From Cladosporium halotolerans (lineage: Eukaryota), in NCBI RefSeq assembly GCF_011745625.1, contig NW_027191461.1:1-64000 (forward strand): 64,000 nucleotides of DNA. The letters run 5' to 3'. The notes under the pieces were generated by a model. It was not told the DNA's origin and did not search any database. It saw nothing but the letters and a program-made list of their open reading frames with translations. Numbering within the stretch: the stretch's first letter is position 1; the number at the start of each line of letters is the position of its first letter. Shown here piece after piece: positions 34,472-46,272 of this stretch. The position numbers were made by a program, and so were the translations under genes.

Positions 34472-36988
34472 TCACGCTCTTCGATCACCAAGTTCAACTC
34501 CTCCGTCTCCTGCGTCATTCCGAGAGGAAAAGCCCTCATTCTGATGTTCCAACCTCAGTCGTCCTCCACTCAACGTTCCGAGTTTGCTAGCAACCCAGTT
34601 TGCGACCCTTCTCATCACGCCCCACAGCTTCTCTTGACCGTCTTTGACACCTGCTTCATCCCGCGGATTCTCGTGCGCTTCAGCCTGGAACTGATATTTC
34701 AGACAGTCCTTCACAGTGACCAAACCCGTCACCCTGCCTCTGTGCTCTACCAAAATCACGCGAGGACCAAGTTTCTTAAACAGTTCCATCACTGTCTCGA
34801 GAGGTAGGCGGGGGTGCACGGCCAGTGGCGTTGAGTCGACGAACTTGCTGAAGTCGACGCTGGCAGCATTCGCCGTTTCCGCCATATCGTCGAAGCTCAC
34901 GGCCGGTACCGATGCTGACGGCGTTGTCGCGGAGCGGCTCGTACTTGTGTCCGGGGAGAAGGTGCATTTGGCGCGGGATGACACGAGAGAGTCACGCCTC
35001 GCGCGGTCGAGAGCGTATCGCAATTCCGTGCGGCCGATGTAGCCAAGGAGAAGCTTGGAGTCCCTATCATCGACTATAGGGAATCCTTGGTACTGAGACT
35101 CCGCAAGGATTGCTTCAACTTCGTCGAGACGGAGGCCTGTGGCTGGCAGACAGGTCGGGTTCGCAGTCATTGTCTGACTAACAGGGACACCGAATGTGTG
35201 CTCCTCCTTGTTGTCGAGGAAAGGCATACCGTTGAACCAGATCATGCGATCCGCGATGCCACCTTTGCCGAATCGTTCAGAAACAACTTTGGTGACACCT
35301 ACAGCAATCATAGTAGGCAGGATGTATGTCAAGGCACCAGTAAGCTCGAACATGATGACCACGACAGAGACAGTAATGTGCATAATGCCACTCAAGGCAG
35401 CTGCCGCGCCAAGGAAGGCATATGTACCGGGTGTGATGCATGTCTGATTCGGTTCACAGGCGGAGAAGAAGCTAGCGTCAGGAAACGCCTCGTGCAGAGA
35501 CTGAACCAAAATGCCAACCATGCGACCGAAGGATGCACCGATGGCCATGGACGGCACGAATATACCTGCGGGAACCTTGCAGCCGTAAGATATGACGACC
35601 AGGAATATCCGAAGGAATGTAGCAATGAGTAGCGCGAAAACCGTAGAGGTGCGATAGCTGGGGTCGCAAATTTCGTCGAAGTCATGGCCGCCCTCGCATT
35701 CCTGGAAGAGAATCTCCATACTCTCGGTCATGTCAATTCGCAAGAACATGTTCGGGTAGCACAGAATAGCCGTGAAAGTCGCTAGCAAGGTCGCTTCCAG
35801 AATTGGGTATTTCGCAAGGTATTTCTTCCTGAAAGCTTGGGCTCTCAGGTTCCACTTGATAACAAAAGCGCCGTATAGTCCGCCAAAAATGCCAATTAAG
35901 ATGTAGAAAATGATCTCGAAGAAATGCCAACTGCGATCATATTTGACCGTAAACATGACAAGTTGGCCAGTACGAAAAGGATTCATGCCAGCGAGGACTG
36001 CCGTTGCGACCAGGGCGCAAAAGTAGGAACGCCACATCGTCTTGAGGGGGAAGTAATTGCTCATCTCTTCAAGGCTGAAAAGTACACCTCCGATTGGGCT
36101 ACCGAAAGCGACAGCCACGCCAGCCGCAGCGCAAGCAGAAAGAATCTCTCGAGTCTTTGCTGCGTTGCGACGATACTTTTCGAACAGTCTGCTGATAACG
36201 TTTCCTGTGCAGACTGCATAATGCACACTTGGCCCTTCCTTTCCTACGCTCAGACCCGATGCAATAGCCAAGGGGAGGCCAATCGATTTGATGACGAGTG
36301 TCCGGAGCCCTAAGAAGCCCTTCATGACGAAGCCAGCAATGATACATTTGATTTCGCTGATACCGGATCCAGCGGCATAAGGTGCGAAGCTCTTGACCAA
36401 CCGGGCAGAGGTGAAGGCAAACATGGTCGAGAACAGAATGTAGAGCAGGTAGTTGATAGGCCAAAAGGTGCTCCAGTGGTGCCACTCATCGCAGCCGTCT
36501 TCAGCGCCCCAACAACAGAAGCTTTCGTTCAGGTAGAAAGCCGTGGTGCAATATCCTCGCTTGATATCAGACAGCCATTCCGTGACAATGTTCAGGAAAG
36601 CTGCGTTCAACCCGATCGCGGCTCCGATCAAGCTGACCACGATCCAGCCCTGTCCGGCATCGTATGCTTCCCAAAGCTTCCTCCTCCATCCTAGCCTGCC
36701 TTTGCGCTCAAAGAAGCCCGCGCGTTCCTGTCGCCGTGCTTTGCGCCGTTGTTGTTCTCTTGCTGCATCTTGTACCCAGTCGATGGTTGTGAAGTCTTCG
36801 TAGCGCTTGATTTCGTCTATCTCTTCAGCAACGACTTGATCAGCTTGAGATATCTGCTCGCCATCGCCTTGTTCTGCAGTCGAGAGCGCGGAGAGTCGTC
36901 GGTTCAGTGTGTTAGATCGCGATGAAAGGGAGGTCGCGTAGCTGGGACGGCGCGAGGGATCCGGCACCGAGCTCGTGCGGCGGCTCAT
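34472..36988 (-). CDS. CLC-family Cl-/H+ exchanger (GEF1/ClC-3-like) with two CBS domains
   Basis: YEDFTTIDW, GSGISEIK, GKEGPSVH, LFSLEEM and GIFVPSM; C-terminal CBS pair. Confidence 0.95.
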   Translation of the reverse strand: MSRRTSSVPDPSRRPSYATSLSSRSNTLNRRLSALSTAEQGDGEQISQADQVVAEEIDEIKRYEDFTTIDWVQDAAREQQRRKARRQERAGFFERKGRLGWRRKLWEAYDAGQGWIVVSLIGAAIGLNAAFLNIVTEWLSDIKRGYCTTAFYLNESFCCWGAEDGCDEWHHWSTFWPINYLLYILFSTMFAFTSARLVKSFAPYAAGSGISEIKCIIAGFVMKGFLGLRTLVIKSIGLPLAIASGLSVGKEGPSVHYAVCTGNVISRLFEKYRRNAAKTREILSACAAAGVAVAFGSPIGGVLFSLEEMSNYFPLKTMWRSYFCALVATAVLAGMNPFRTGQLVMFTVKYDRSWHFFEIIFYILIGIFGGLYGAFVIKWNLRAQAFRKKYLAKYPILEATLLATFTAILCYPNMFLRIDMTESMEILFQECEGGHDFDEICDPSYRTSTVFALLIATFLRIFLVVISYGCKVPAGIFVPSMAIGASFGRMVGILVQSLHEAFPDASFFSACEPNQTCITPGTYAFLGAAAALSGIMHITVSVVVIMFELTGALTYILPTMIAVGVTKVVSERFGKGGIADRMIWFNGMPFLDNKEEHTFGVPVSQTMTANPTCLPATGLRLDEVEAILAESQYQGFPIVDDRDSKLLLGYIGRTELRYALDRARRDSLVSSRAKCTFSPDTSTSRSATTPSASVPAVSFDDMAETANAASVDFSKFVDSTPLAVHPRLPLETVMELFKKLGPRVILVEHRGRVTGLVTVKDCLKYQFQAEAHENPRDEAGVKDGQEKLWGVMRRVANWVASKLGTLSGGRLRLEHQNEGFSSRNDAGDGGVELGDRRA

Positions 36989-37243
36989 CGCATCCTCATT
37001 TGTTCGCAGTATAGTCCTTGAAAGCGTAGCTTATTTTCTCCATTTAATCGTCCACGGCGTCCTGTTATCCACCGACCAAACAGACGTCGGATGGCTGATG
37101 CCTGAGGTGTCTCAGCCCCATTCGCGGGTACTGCCGTTCAAGGACGGCGAGCTGTAGGACGTCCGACATCATGCATACCGAAGCAGGCAGCTCATCACAA
37201 CCGCCTCACTCCACCTCCTCGTTTCCTTCTTTACGCGCCAATC

Positions 37244-38090
37244 ATGGGCGGGCTCACGTATGGCACCTATGGTGCTAGCACCGCGCTCACCGTCATCGGA
37301 CTTTGTATGTTGGGGACTCTCAAGAGCTTGGAATACTGCAATACGGAGGGCTAATGCGGGTTGGCAGACATGCTGTTTAATGGCGAGGGCGAGGCATTCA
37401 ACGTATGGCACTTTTGATATTAGATGGCCAAGGAGCATGTCTGACAGCGAGGGAACAGGTCGGCGCGTTCATCGAATCGATTTCGCCCTACGCTTGGGCT
37501 AGCACTGGCATCGGCCTCTGCATCGGCCTCTCAGTTGTCGGCGCTGCATGGTACGAACAACCCTCTGAAGGATAGAGCGAAGGATATGGAGGACTGGCAT
37601 GCTGAGACAAGGAATTACAGGGGAATCTTCATCACCGGAACATCGATCCTCGGTGGTGGTGTCAAGGCACCGCGCATCCGCACCAAGAACTTGATCTCCA
37701 TTATCTTCTGCGAGGTCGTCGCCATCTACGGTGTCATCATGAGCATTGTCTTCTCCGCCAAGCTGGGCCAAGTCAGTGGTGATGCCGCATACTCTGGCAG
37801 CAACTACTACACTGGCTATGCTCTCTTCTGGAGTGGAGTACTTGTTGGCATGTGCAACTTGGTTTGTGGTGTCAGTGTTGGCATCAACGGCTCCAGCGCT
37901 GCCCTTGCCGACGCTGCGGACCCTTCGCTGTATGTTATTTGGACACTGGAACAATCTCGTGTTTGAGGATCACTAACATGCCCACAGTTTCGTCAAGATC
38001 CTCGTTATTGAGATCTTCTCCTCTGTCCTTGGTCTCTTCGGACTCATCATTGGGCTGCTCCTTAGTGGTGGAGCGAATGACTTCAAGTGA
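37244..38090 (+). CDS. VMA16: V-ATPase V0 proteolipid subunit c'', 4 introns
   Basis: Spliced MGGLTYG...[15 protein letters not shown]...[52 protein letters not shown]...[13 protein letters not shown]. Confidence 0.95.
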
Positions 38091-38314
38091 GTCTAGCGTC
38101 TGCGACAGAAGCAGAGACCTTATTTGTAGAGTTCCGCGAACTCTAGTGCCGCCGATACCCCAACACCTACAGCATCTCCGGGCGTTCTGGACACGAGCGA
38201 GGAAGCCGCGGATTCGAATTGCCTTGTATAGATACTTGTACGTATGTAGAGCGAGGAATGATCTTCGATGATTTGATTTGCACATAATCATTCCCGATGT
38301 CTGCTTTGCATTAC

Positions 38315-40450
38315 TTACAAGTTGCTCAAAATCTTGCCCATGATTAAGGCGTCACAAGTCTCACCCTTCTTGAGCGTTGGTTGAGTTGTAGGCAGGCAGA
38401 GCAAACCATTCGCTCCCTTGAAGCTCCCAATCCTCGAACTACGTTGGCCGCCGGTACTCGCCGCAGACAGTCGCCCGTCAGACTTCACGGAAACGAGTAC
38501 TCGGTGGTACTCGTTCCTCTTGGTATCGCACTTGACATCCTGCTCTAGCACCACCTTCACCCTTGGGAGACCCACTGGGCTAATGCCGCCCATCTTGTGG
38601 AGAGACGGCAACACGAAAAGGTGGTACGTCACCACCGCCGAAGCAGGATTGCCTGGTAAAGAGAAAATAGACTTTGTCTCTCGCTCTCCTGTGTTGGACT
38701 TGAATGGCACGGTGGCATACGTGGTCGGCTTGCCAGGTTTCATGCTGACGCGGCCGAAGTGAATGGTGCCGCCGAGCTGCCGTTCGATGGTAGGTTTCAG
38801 CAGGTCGAGCTCCCCCATGGAGACACCGCCAGAAGTGACGATCACGTCGACGCGTCTCATCGCATCTCGCAACGTCTGCTCTAATGCGCCAGGCTTGTCG
38901 GAAGCGATGCCAAGATCGATAGCTTTGAAGCCCGAGCCCCGGATGGCGGTCAGTAGCGTTGGTCGGTTGGTGTCGCGTACTTCTCCGTGCTTGAGATTAC
39001 CAGAGCGGTTGTGCGGGATGATCTCGTCTCCTGTACTGAGCACACCGATCACCGGCTTCTTATAGACTTGGACTTCTTGAGTGCCGACCGAAGCAAGAAG
39101 GCCAAACTCACCGCCAACAGCTGTGATGCCTTCACCCTTCTTCATTACGACATCGCCGGCTTGTACATCAGAGCCGACCTCGCGCACGTTCTCGCCGGGC
39201 TCAATATCCGCTGTGAGCACCTCGATCTCACGCTCTTCTTTGCCGTCTTCGGTGAGCGAGAGGAGTACGGTGTCTTCGACCATTACAACAGAGGTAGCGC
39301 CTGGTGGCAGCGGAGCACCGGTGGTGATTCGCGAAACTTCGCCAATTTTGAGATCGTCTACATCGCCCGTCCCAGCTTCAGCGTGGGAGATACCAACCAC
39401 AGGGAAGCGACCCTTGGTGCTGGGAACCATCATGTGCTTTGAAGCTATGATCGCGTAGCCATCCACGATACTAGCGCGGAAAGCGGGCACGGATTCTCTG
39501 GCCGTGACGTCTTCCGCTAATACTGAGCCGACTAGGTTCTCATCTACAGGTGCGGTTACCACCAAAGGATCAGGTGTATGCTCTGAGATTTGCTTGAGAG
39601 CATCTTCGACGGAGAGCATTGGGTAAGGTGATTCGCGGTAGCGTCTGGTAGGGCCTGCGTTGGGATCATTCGATAGCGGCCGGTCCTCAGCTGACGTATG
39701 TGCTTTTGGCATCACGTGTCCGCCATGGCCGTGTTTGTGGGAGTGGCCGTGATCGTGGTGGTGATGATGGTGCGAGTGGTCAGCCGCTGAGGCTGCAGAC
39801 CCAGAACCAATACCGGCATCCTGTTCGAGCTTCTGAGTGCCACCGGAGTGCAGGGATCTGGAATCCATTCCAGCGGCCTGCTGACATGCGTGAGGGAGCA
39901 TCTTGATAACGGATTGTAAATTCTCCTTTGCTCCCTTCGGCGAACCAGGTAGAGTCAGGATGAGTGTGTTGTTGCGGACACCCGCTACCGGACGAGACAT
40001 CACTGCGAAAGGTGTCACAGCAAGCGAGGACGCAAGCATACCGTGAACCAAGCCAGGCGCATGTTTATGAATGAGAGGAGTTACAGCCTATCTATCATCA
40101 ATTCCTGTACCAGTCCAATTCGGCGCACCGGTGTTGCGCAGGTTATGTGAGCTTACCTCGGGCGTGACATCTTTTTGCGCAAACCCAGTGCCACCACTTG
40201 TGACGACTAGATTAGCGGAATGGGAACCATCAGTATATCCCGTAATTGCCTTCTGAATAGCAAGTACATCATCCGCGACTATCTTGGTCTCAGCCGGCTC
40301 CCAGCGGTCTCCGCCATCCTGTTGGAAGACGTCTCGCAGGGCAGGAATGCACTTATCCGTCAATGGATCCTTGCTTGCCGTCTCGGAGACGACAATAATT
40401 GCAGCTCGAAGTCTGGCACTCATCGCAGCTCGTAATTGGGTCGCCATCAT
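38315..40450 (-). CDS. cnxE: Gephyrin-like molybdopterin adenylyltransferase / Mo-insertase (G+E domain fusion), 1 intron
   Basis: G domain (TSGGTGFAQKDVTPE, LPGSPKGAKENL), His-rich linker, E domain (ASIVDGYA, STGDE, SGGVSMGELD, KPGKP, LPGNPAS). Confidence 0.95.
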
Positions 40451-40646
40451 GTGACGTTACGCTTACAGGCGGGCGGATGATGTTGTCGTTTGGGCCTCAA
40501 GCGCGGGCCAACTCCGCCTCATGACAGGGTGTGGCGTCGGCTGCACAGGCGATCCAAACTGACTGCCGAAACGGGCAAGTGACGAACCAAACATCAACAC
40601 GCTGCGAATCGCCATCCCGCCCTCGCCGCCCGCCTCCGCCACTACA

Positions 40647-42659
40647 ATGGGCGAGCTCAGCAGGGCGTCGAGCAGGCGGCCGCTGATAGTGCCCCAAGAT
40701 GATACGGACTCTCTGACCTCGTTCCCTGACCCGGCCCCTGGGTCGCCGACTGCAGAACAGTCGCCTCCTGGACAAATGGACGAGAATCTCTACGGCCTGC
40801 TGGACAGGTCGGGCCCTACTATGTTTGACGAGCGCCCTGCAGTGAATGCGGATGATCCTCGAGCGCTCTCTGCGGCGACCAGCACAGTCCTGCAAGGTGT
40901 CCTGGACCACCATGGTGCCATCAACCTGGTCAAGCGACTATCTGAGACCCTGGCTGAGCGCGATGCACACATCACTGCTCTCCAGCGCCTTTGCGAAGAA
41001 TACAAGGTCCCGAAAGACCGCGTCGCCGATGCTGCAAATCGCGTCAAACAAGCCGAACGCCGTCGTCTATCTCTTTCGGCTGCATCCGAGGATCTAGTAC
41101 CGTCCGGATCTGGAGGTACACAATCTGAGAGCAGCGTATGTTTACATGCAATCTTACTCGTGTGACAATCTCTATTCTTGGTCATCTAACGCCCTCTCAG
41201 ACTCTCGATATCCCCCCCAAGGCATCAATGACCGCTGGTGGGACTATAAGAGGGCTCACCAAACTGTTCGGTGGCGTGCCACGGAAACGTGATCCAGGTG
41301 GACGATCTATGTGCGTTATCTCCCTTCAATAAATGGTTAGAAGTGCTGACGCTTTCCTTCTAGTACTCCTTCTTCTTCGCGATCTGCCTCAATGTAAATA
41401 CTGCCCGTATCCTCGAAACCCCAGTAGTCTGCTAACATTCATCTCCCAGCGCCCCGAAAACCAGCGAACGAGCAATGTCAATCGACAATCGCTCGATCGA
41501 TGCTCAAAGCCAGGACAGTGCGAGTTGGACCGGAATATTCACCGGAGGCACCATAAAGCGCCGAGAATCTAAACCTCCCCGTGAGCCCGTCGAAATGCAA
41601 GCACAGCACGATCCAGACGACCTACCACCGACCTTGACCGAAAACTCCCAAGACCCACAGGAAGCCGAGTGGAACCGCTTCATCCTCCGACTCAACAACG
41701 CCCGCAAGCAAGGCGGCCAGCAAGAAGCGCAAGGAACGCTCCTCGGCGCCGCTCGCTTCGGCCGCGAAGGCAGCGCCGGCCGCGCCAAAATGGAAACCCT
41801 CCACCGCCTAATCATCGGCGGCATACCCAACCGCCTCCGCCACCCGATCTGGATGGAGCTTTCGCACACCTACGCCATCATGAGCCCGGACGAGTACCGC
41901 CACTACCTGGCAGAAGGCGAGCGCGAAGACCCCGTCGAAATCGACGCGATCCTCAAAGACGTCCCGCGCACCCTCACGGAGCAGTTCGACTACTACGTCG
42001 ACAAGGGCCACGACAAGCTCAAGCGGCTGCTCATCGCCTTCATCGCCAAGTACAAGGGCCTCGGCTACACGCAAGGGCTCAACATGATCGCCGGCCACCT
42101 GCTGCTCGCCATCCCGGCCGAGGAAGACGCCTTCTGGGTCCTCTGTAACATGGTCGACCACTTTTTTCCGCCAGGCTACTTCTCGCGCGACGCGCCGATG
42201 CACGGCGCGCTGGCGGACAACGCGGTTCTGCGCGGCTACGTGCGCGAGCTGATGCCGCGGCTCGACGAAAAGCTGTCCGAGCTCGACATCGACGCCGCCG
42301 CGACCTTCCAGCCCGGCTGGCATTTAGCAGCGCTCGCGAATCGCTTGCCTAGGACGGCTTTGCAGCGCGTCTGGGACGTCTGGCTGTGCCTGCCGCGCGC
42401 GCAGACGTTCCTGTTCAACGTCGTGCTGGCGATGATGAAGCTGCGCGCGGACGAGATCCTGGCGCTCGAGTCGGGCGCAGAGTACAATGCGCTTGATTGG
42501 AGGGTGCCGGACGAGCCGGGGAAGATCGACGAGCTGCTGCGCACGGCGCTGCTGTTGAGGAAGAAGGTGGACGGTGAGCAGGTGGCGCAGAGGCGGGAGG
42601 CGGAGACGAAGAAGTTGAGGAGGAGCTCGAGCACGCATGCACTTTACTCGCGCGACTAG
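40647..42659 (+). CDS. TBC-domain Rab GTPase-activating protein, about 3 introns
   Basis: GGIPNRLRHPIW, ILKDVPRT (IxxDxxR), GYTQGLN (YxQ), EEDAFW and RVWD. Confidence 0.9.
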
Positions 42660-43036
42660 AAGTCGCCGGATGGGTGTCAAGAGTGTTTGTGGGCGGCGGT
42701 GGGAGGTGCTACTGAGGATTGATTTCGCGGCTTCGCAGGGTTACTAAGACGTCGCATGGTTTGGATCAATTGTTTGCAAAAGATACCCCGACATTATTCC
42801 TCAGGCGGTGCGTTTGATTGTTATCACAAAAAGATACAAGAAATAAATAGCGTAAAAGCGTTATCTACATGCTATTGAACATGCCCATCCCAATGCGACC
42901 AGATATCTTCCCTTCGCAAACGCCGCGCTGTCCGAAAGCCATCATCTTCATAACCTGAGAAAGAAAAACCCATAAGCCAATGCTCCCGAGCATCACGTCA
43001 AAACGACGAAACAGAAATCATCTCGCAAAGGTCCAC

Positions 43037-45002
43037 TTACAACCGCGCGCTCTCGCCGCCGATCTTCTTCGAGCAGAACGCAGCGAAGTACTCGTTGAGC
43101 GCGTCGACCGTGCCGCTGCCCTCAACAAGCTTCACAACACAGCCGACATACCCATCGGGACGCACGACGACGACGCCACCCTCCTCCTCGCTCAGCCCCA
43201 TCTTAACGTGCGCCGCGGCCTTCGCCTTCGGCACGCGCACGTCGAAGACGTTGTCGGCGTAGACGTGGTCGTAGTAGCGCGAGAGGAGATCCGGCAGGTC
43301 GTCCTGAATCTCGACTTCAGGGCGGTTGGCGTTGAAGACGGTGGCGAAGGTGAAGAAGGCGGAATGCGGGTTGTGCTTCTCGAGGTGGTTGACGGTCGCG
43401 ATGTCGGGGCGCTGGTAGGTGGCGAAGAAGGAGCCCTTCTTCTGCAGGTTTGACGCGAAGTCGAAGAGCGCGGCGCGCGTGCGCTGCTTCTTGCCGGCAA
43501 AGATGTAGATGCGGTAGGAGCCGTTGAGGGGAATTTCCTGCTCGAGGTGCACGGGGTTGGCGTCGGAGACGCGCGTGACGGTCGAGGGGATGAGGATGCG
43601 GCCGGAGCGGAGGGCGGTGGTGCCGGCGGCGTTGGAGAGGAAGAGGGGGTTCTGGGCAGAGTGCGAGTCGGACCAGTTGAAGGTGTTGGGGCCGTAGGCG
43701 ACGCCGTAGCCGGATGTGAACTCGCAGGCGGATTTGAAGGTCTTGATGAACTCGTTCTCTTCGGCGGGCTGCTGCTCGCCGGCAGTGTGCTTGTTCACGC
43801 TGCCGACCTCGCCAGCGCTGGGCTGTCGCTGGGAGAAGAGCTTGGCATAGGCGGCGTCGAAGTTGAGCAGACTCTCGGCGACAGCCTTACGCTCGGACTC
43901 GTAGGACTTGAGGATCGAGCGGTCAGCGAAGCCAGTCTCAACGTGGTGAATCTTCCATGCGAGGTTCTGCGCGTCGAGGAAAGCGGTGTTCATGCCCTGT
44001 CCGGCCTTGGGAGAGTGGGTGTGGCAGCAGTCACCGCCCATGAACACACGCTCGTCAAGAGTGTAGCGCTCGGCAATACCCTGGCCAATAGGGTAGACAG
44101 AGTACCACTCCACGCGATCCCACTCGATGAAGTAAGGCTTCAGGATCTTCTTTGCGTGTTCTTGCACTTCCTCTGTGGTGGCTTGCTTTCTAGGGTTCCA
44201 ATCGTCGTCGGTGGAAGAGGCGATCTGAATATACAGGCGGACCATGTTGTTCTCACGGGGAATAACCATGATGGAGCCAGCGTCAGAGTGGATCGTGCAT
44301 TTCATCTAGAGCGGTCACGTTAGTTTCTCCTCATTTCCTCGACTTGAGGGCCGCCCATACCTTGATATCCGGAAAGTTCGTCCTCACGACGCCATCCATC
44401 ACGCCCCACACGTGGGCAATGGGGTCCTTGTGGACGATCTTAACACCCAGCTGCTCGCGGACGAAGCTCCTAGCACCCTCACCGCTGAACAGGTATTTGG
44501 CCCGCACCGACTGCTTCTCGTGGCCATCGACGTGCGCCAGATCGACCGAAACCGGGTATTCGCTGTCCGCGCCATCATTCTTGAAACCAGCGATCTTCCA
44601 AGGCCTGTCGATGTGTACGCCATTCTTCTCCAAGTCCGCAATAAACACCCTCTCGATGAGACCCTGGTGGAGCAGGGTGGTGAAGGGGTAGCGCGCGTCA
44701 ATGAAGCCAGGGCACGAAGGCCAGGTGCCCGTCCTCTCAATGCCCTTGCCTGCGGGATCCCAGAAGGCGACTTCGTACACCTTCGCGGGGTCGTTGTCCA
44801 TGATCGCGCGCTTCAGGCCCATGTTGCGCAGGAGGTCGAGGGATCGCGGCTGAATACCGTCGGCACGACCTGTGAGGGTAGGTTCGGGGCGCATGTCGAC
44901 GTGCTTGATCTTGTAGCCCCATCGTGCCAGACAGGTCGAAAGCAGCAGACCAACGGGCCCTGCGCCGACAATGACAATGTCGTACTTCTCTTGCGTAGCC
45001 AT
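43037..45002 (-). CDS. FAD-dependent phenol 2-monooxygenase-like hydroxylase, intron 44306-44360
   Basis: [33 protein letters not shown], and a C-terminal thioredoxin-like domain with [10 protein letters not shown]. Confidence 0.92.
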
Positions 45003-46272
45003 CTTGATAATGCTGGAGGTGACGGACGAGAGCCTCGTCAGGAGATGAGCGAGACTATAGGTGCGCGACGGCTATAGAGGGGTATATATTGACTGGCGCA
45101 AACCGTCAAATGATAGGATGGGAGCTATCCAGACACGCGAGGAATAGCAGGAGAAACGTGAGATTGACGTGAGATGCGAAATAGAGGAAGGCTTGTCATG
45201 GCGGGAGATGGCGAAAGGGTCATACTTATATCTGCCGTCGAGGCTCGGTTCAGTGTCTTCGTACACGCCATGGCCCAGGACGATGGGCACGGCAAGCAAA
45301 TCGGTAGGCACAGGCACAGCCAGATCAAGTCCCAGGTTTAGCATCCGACCAGCGGGGGCCGACGCTAAGGCGCGGGTGCCAGACTCGGCAGCGCGATGAT
45401 GACAGCACGCAACGCGGAGTGCATCACAGCCCATTTCGGAACCGTCGTCGCCTGCCGAAGGTACCCGTGCACAGAGATGCAGGCCATTGGTAAAGCCGAA
45501 CATTCTCAAAGCTCATGGATGACCGCTGGAGTAAGCGATCCAGAGTGACAGTCGATTGTGCAGAGTCGATACAAGGCGACTGATATTCGTGGACAGGACC
45601 TTGATAGCATTCTCGAGTCGCAACACGATTCAAATGAGGTCTTTCAAGATCGACTCTCGCCCCAGCTCAAACTCTTGGCAAGCGACAGCCTTTTCCTACG
45701 TGACGGAGGGCGGGCGAGGCGGGACACCCTGGAAGTGTGGTCAGCACTCACAAGAGCGAGGCCCCTCACTGGCTGGGGCCATTTCTCGGACCTGGGGGTA
45801 GATCAGCCCTCCACCACACTGCACCGGCTGTGTCGGTGTCGTTCGCACAGATCGGTGCACTATCGCGTGGCCATTAGGACGATGGTATGCAATGTGCCTG
45901 ATCATGCCAGGTGGCCGGCATACAGCACATGCAAATGATAGCTAAGGTCAGGCTAGGCGGCCACGCATCTCTCATAGAGTACAGGCAGTGTGATCTTGTA
46001 CTTCATATAGACGCGTTTCCTTGATCGACCTCCCGAGGTTGTGAACAGCGCCCACATTTCCGTTCCACATCCGTCTCCGCCTTGATAAGGCATCCCTCAG
46101 CCCACATCTCCCGCGCTCAACAGCCATACTCACCAAGGCGTGCAATCGAGACAGGCAGCTGGCAATCGTAGTCGGCAGCTCAGAATCCAATTGTGCGGCT
46201 CGAAAGACTTGCAGCACAATCGACTTGCGACAGGAGTCTCCGGCCTAATCGGAACTTGTGAGCTATACAAAA

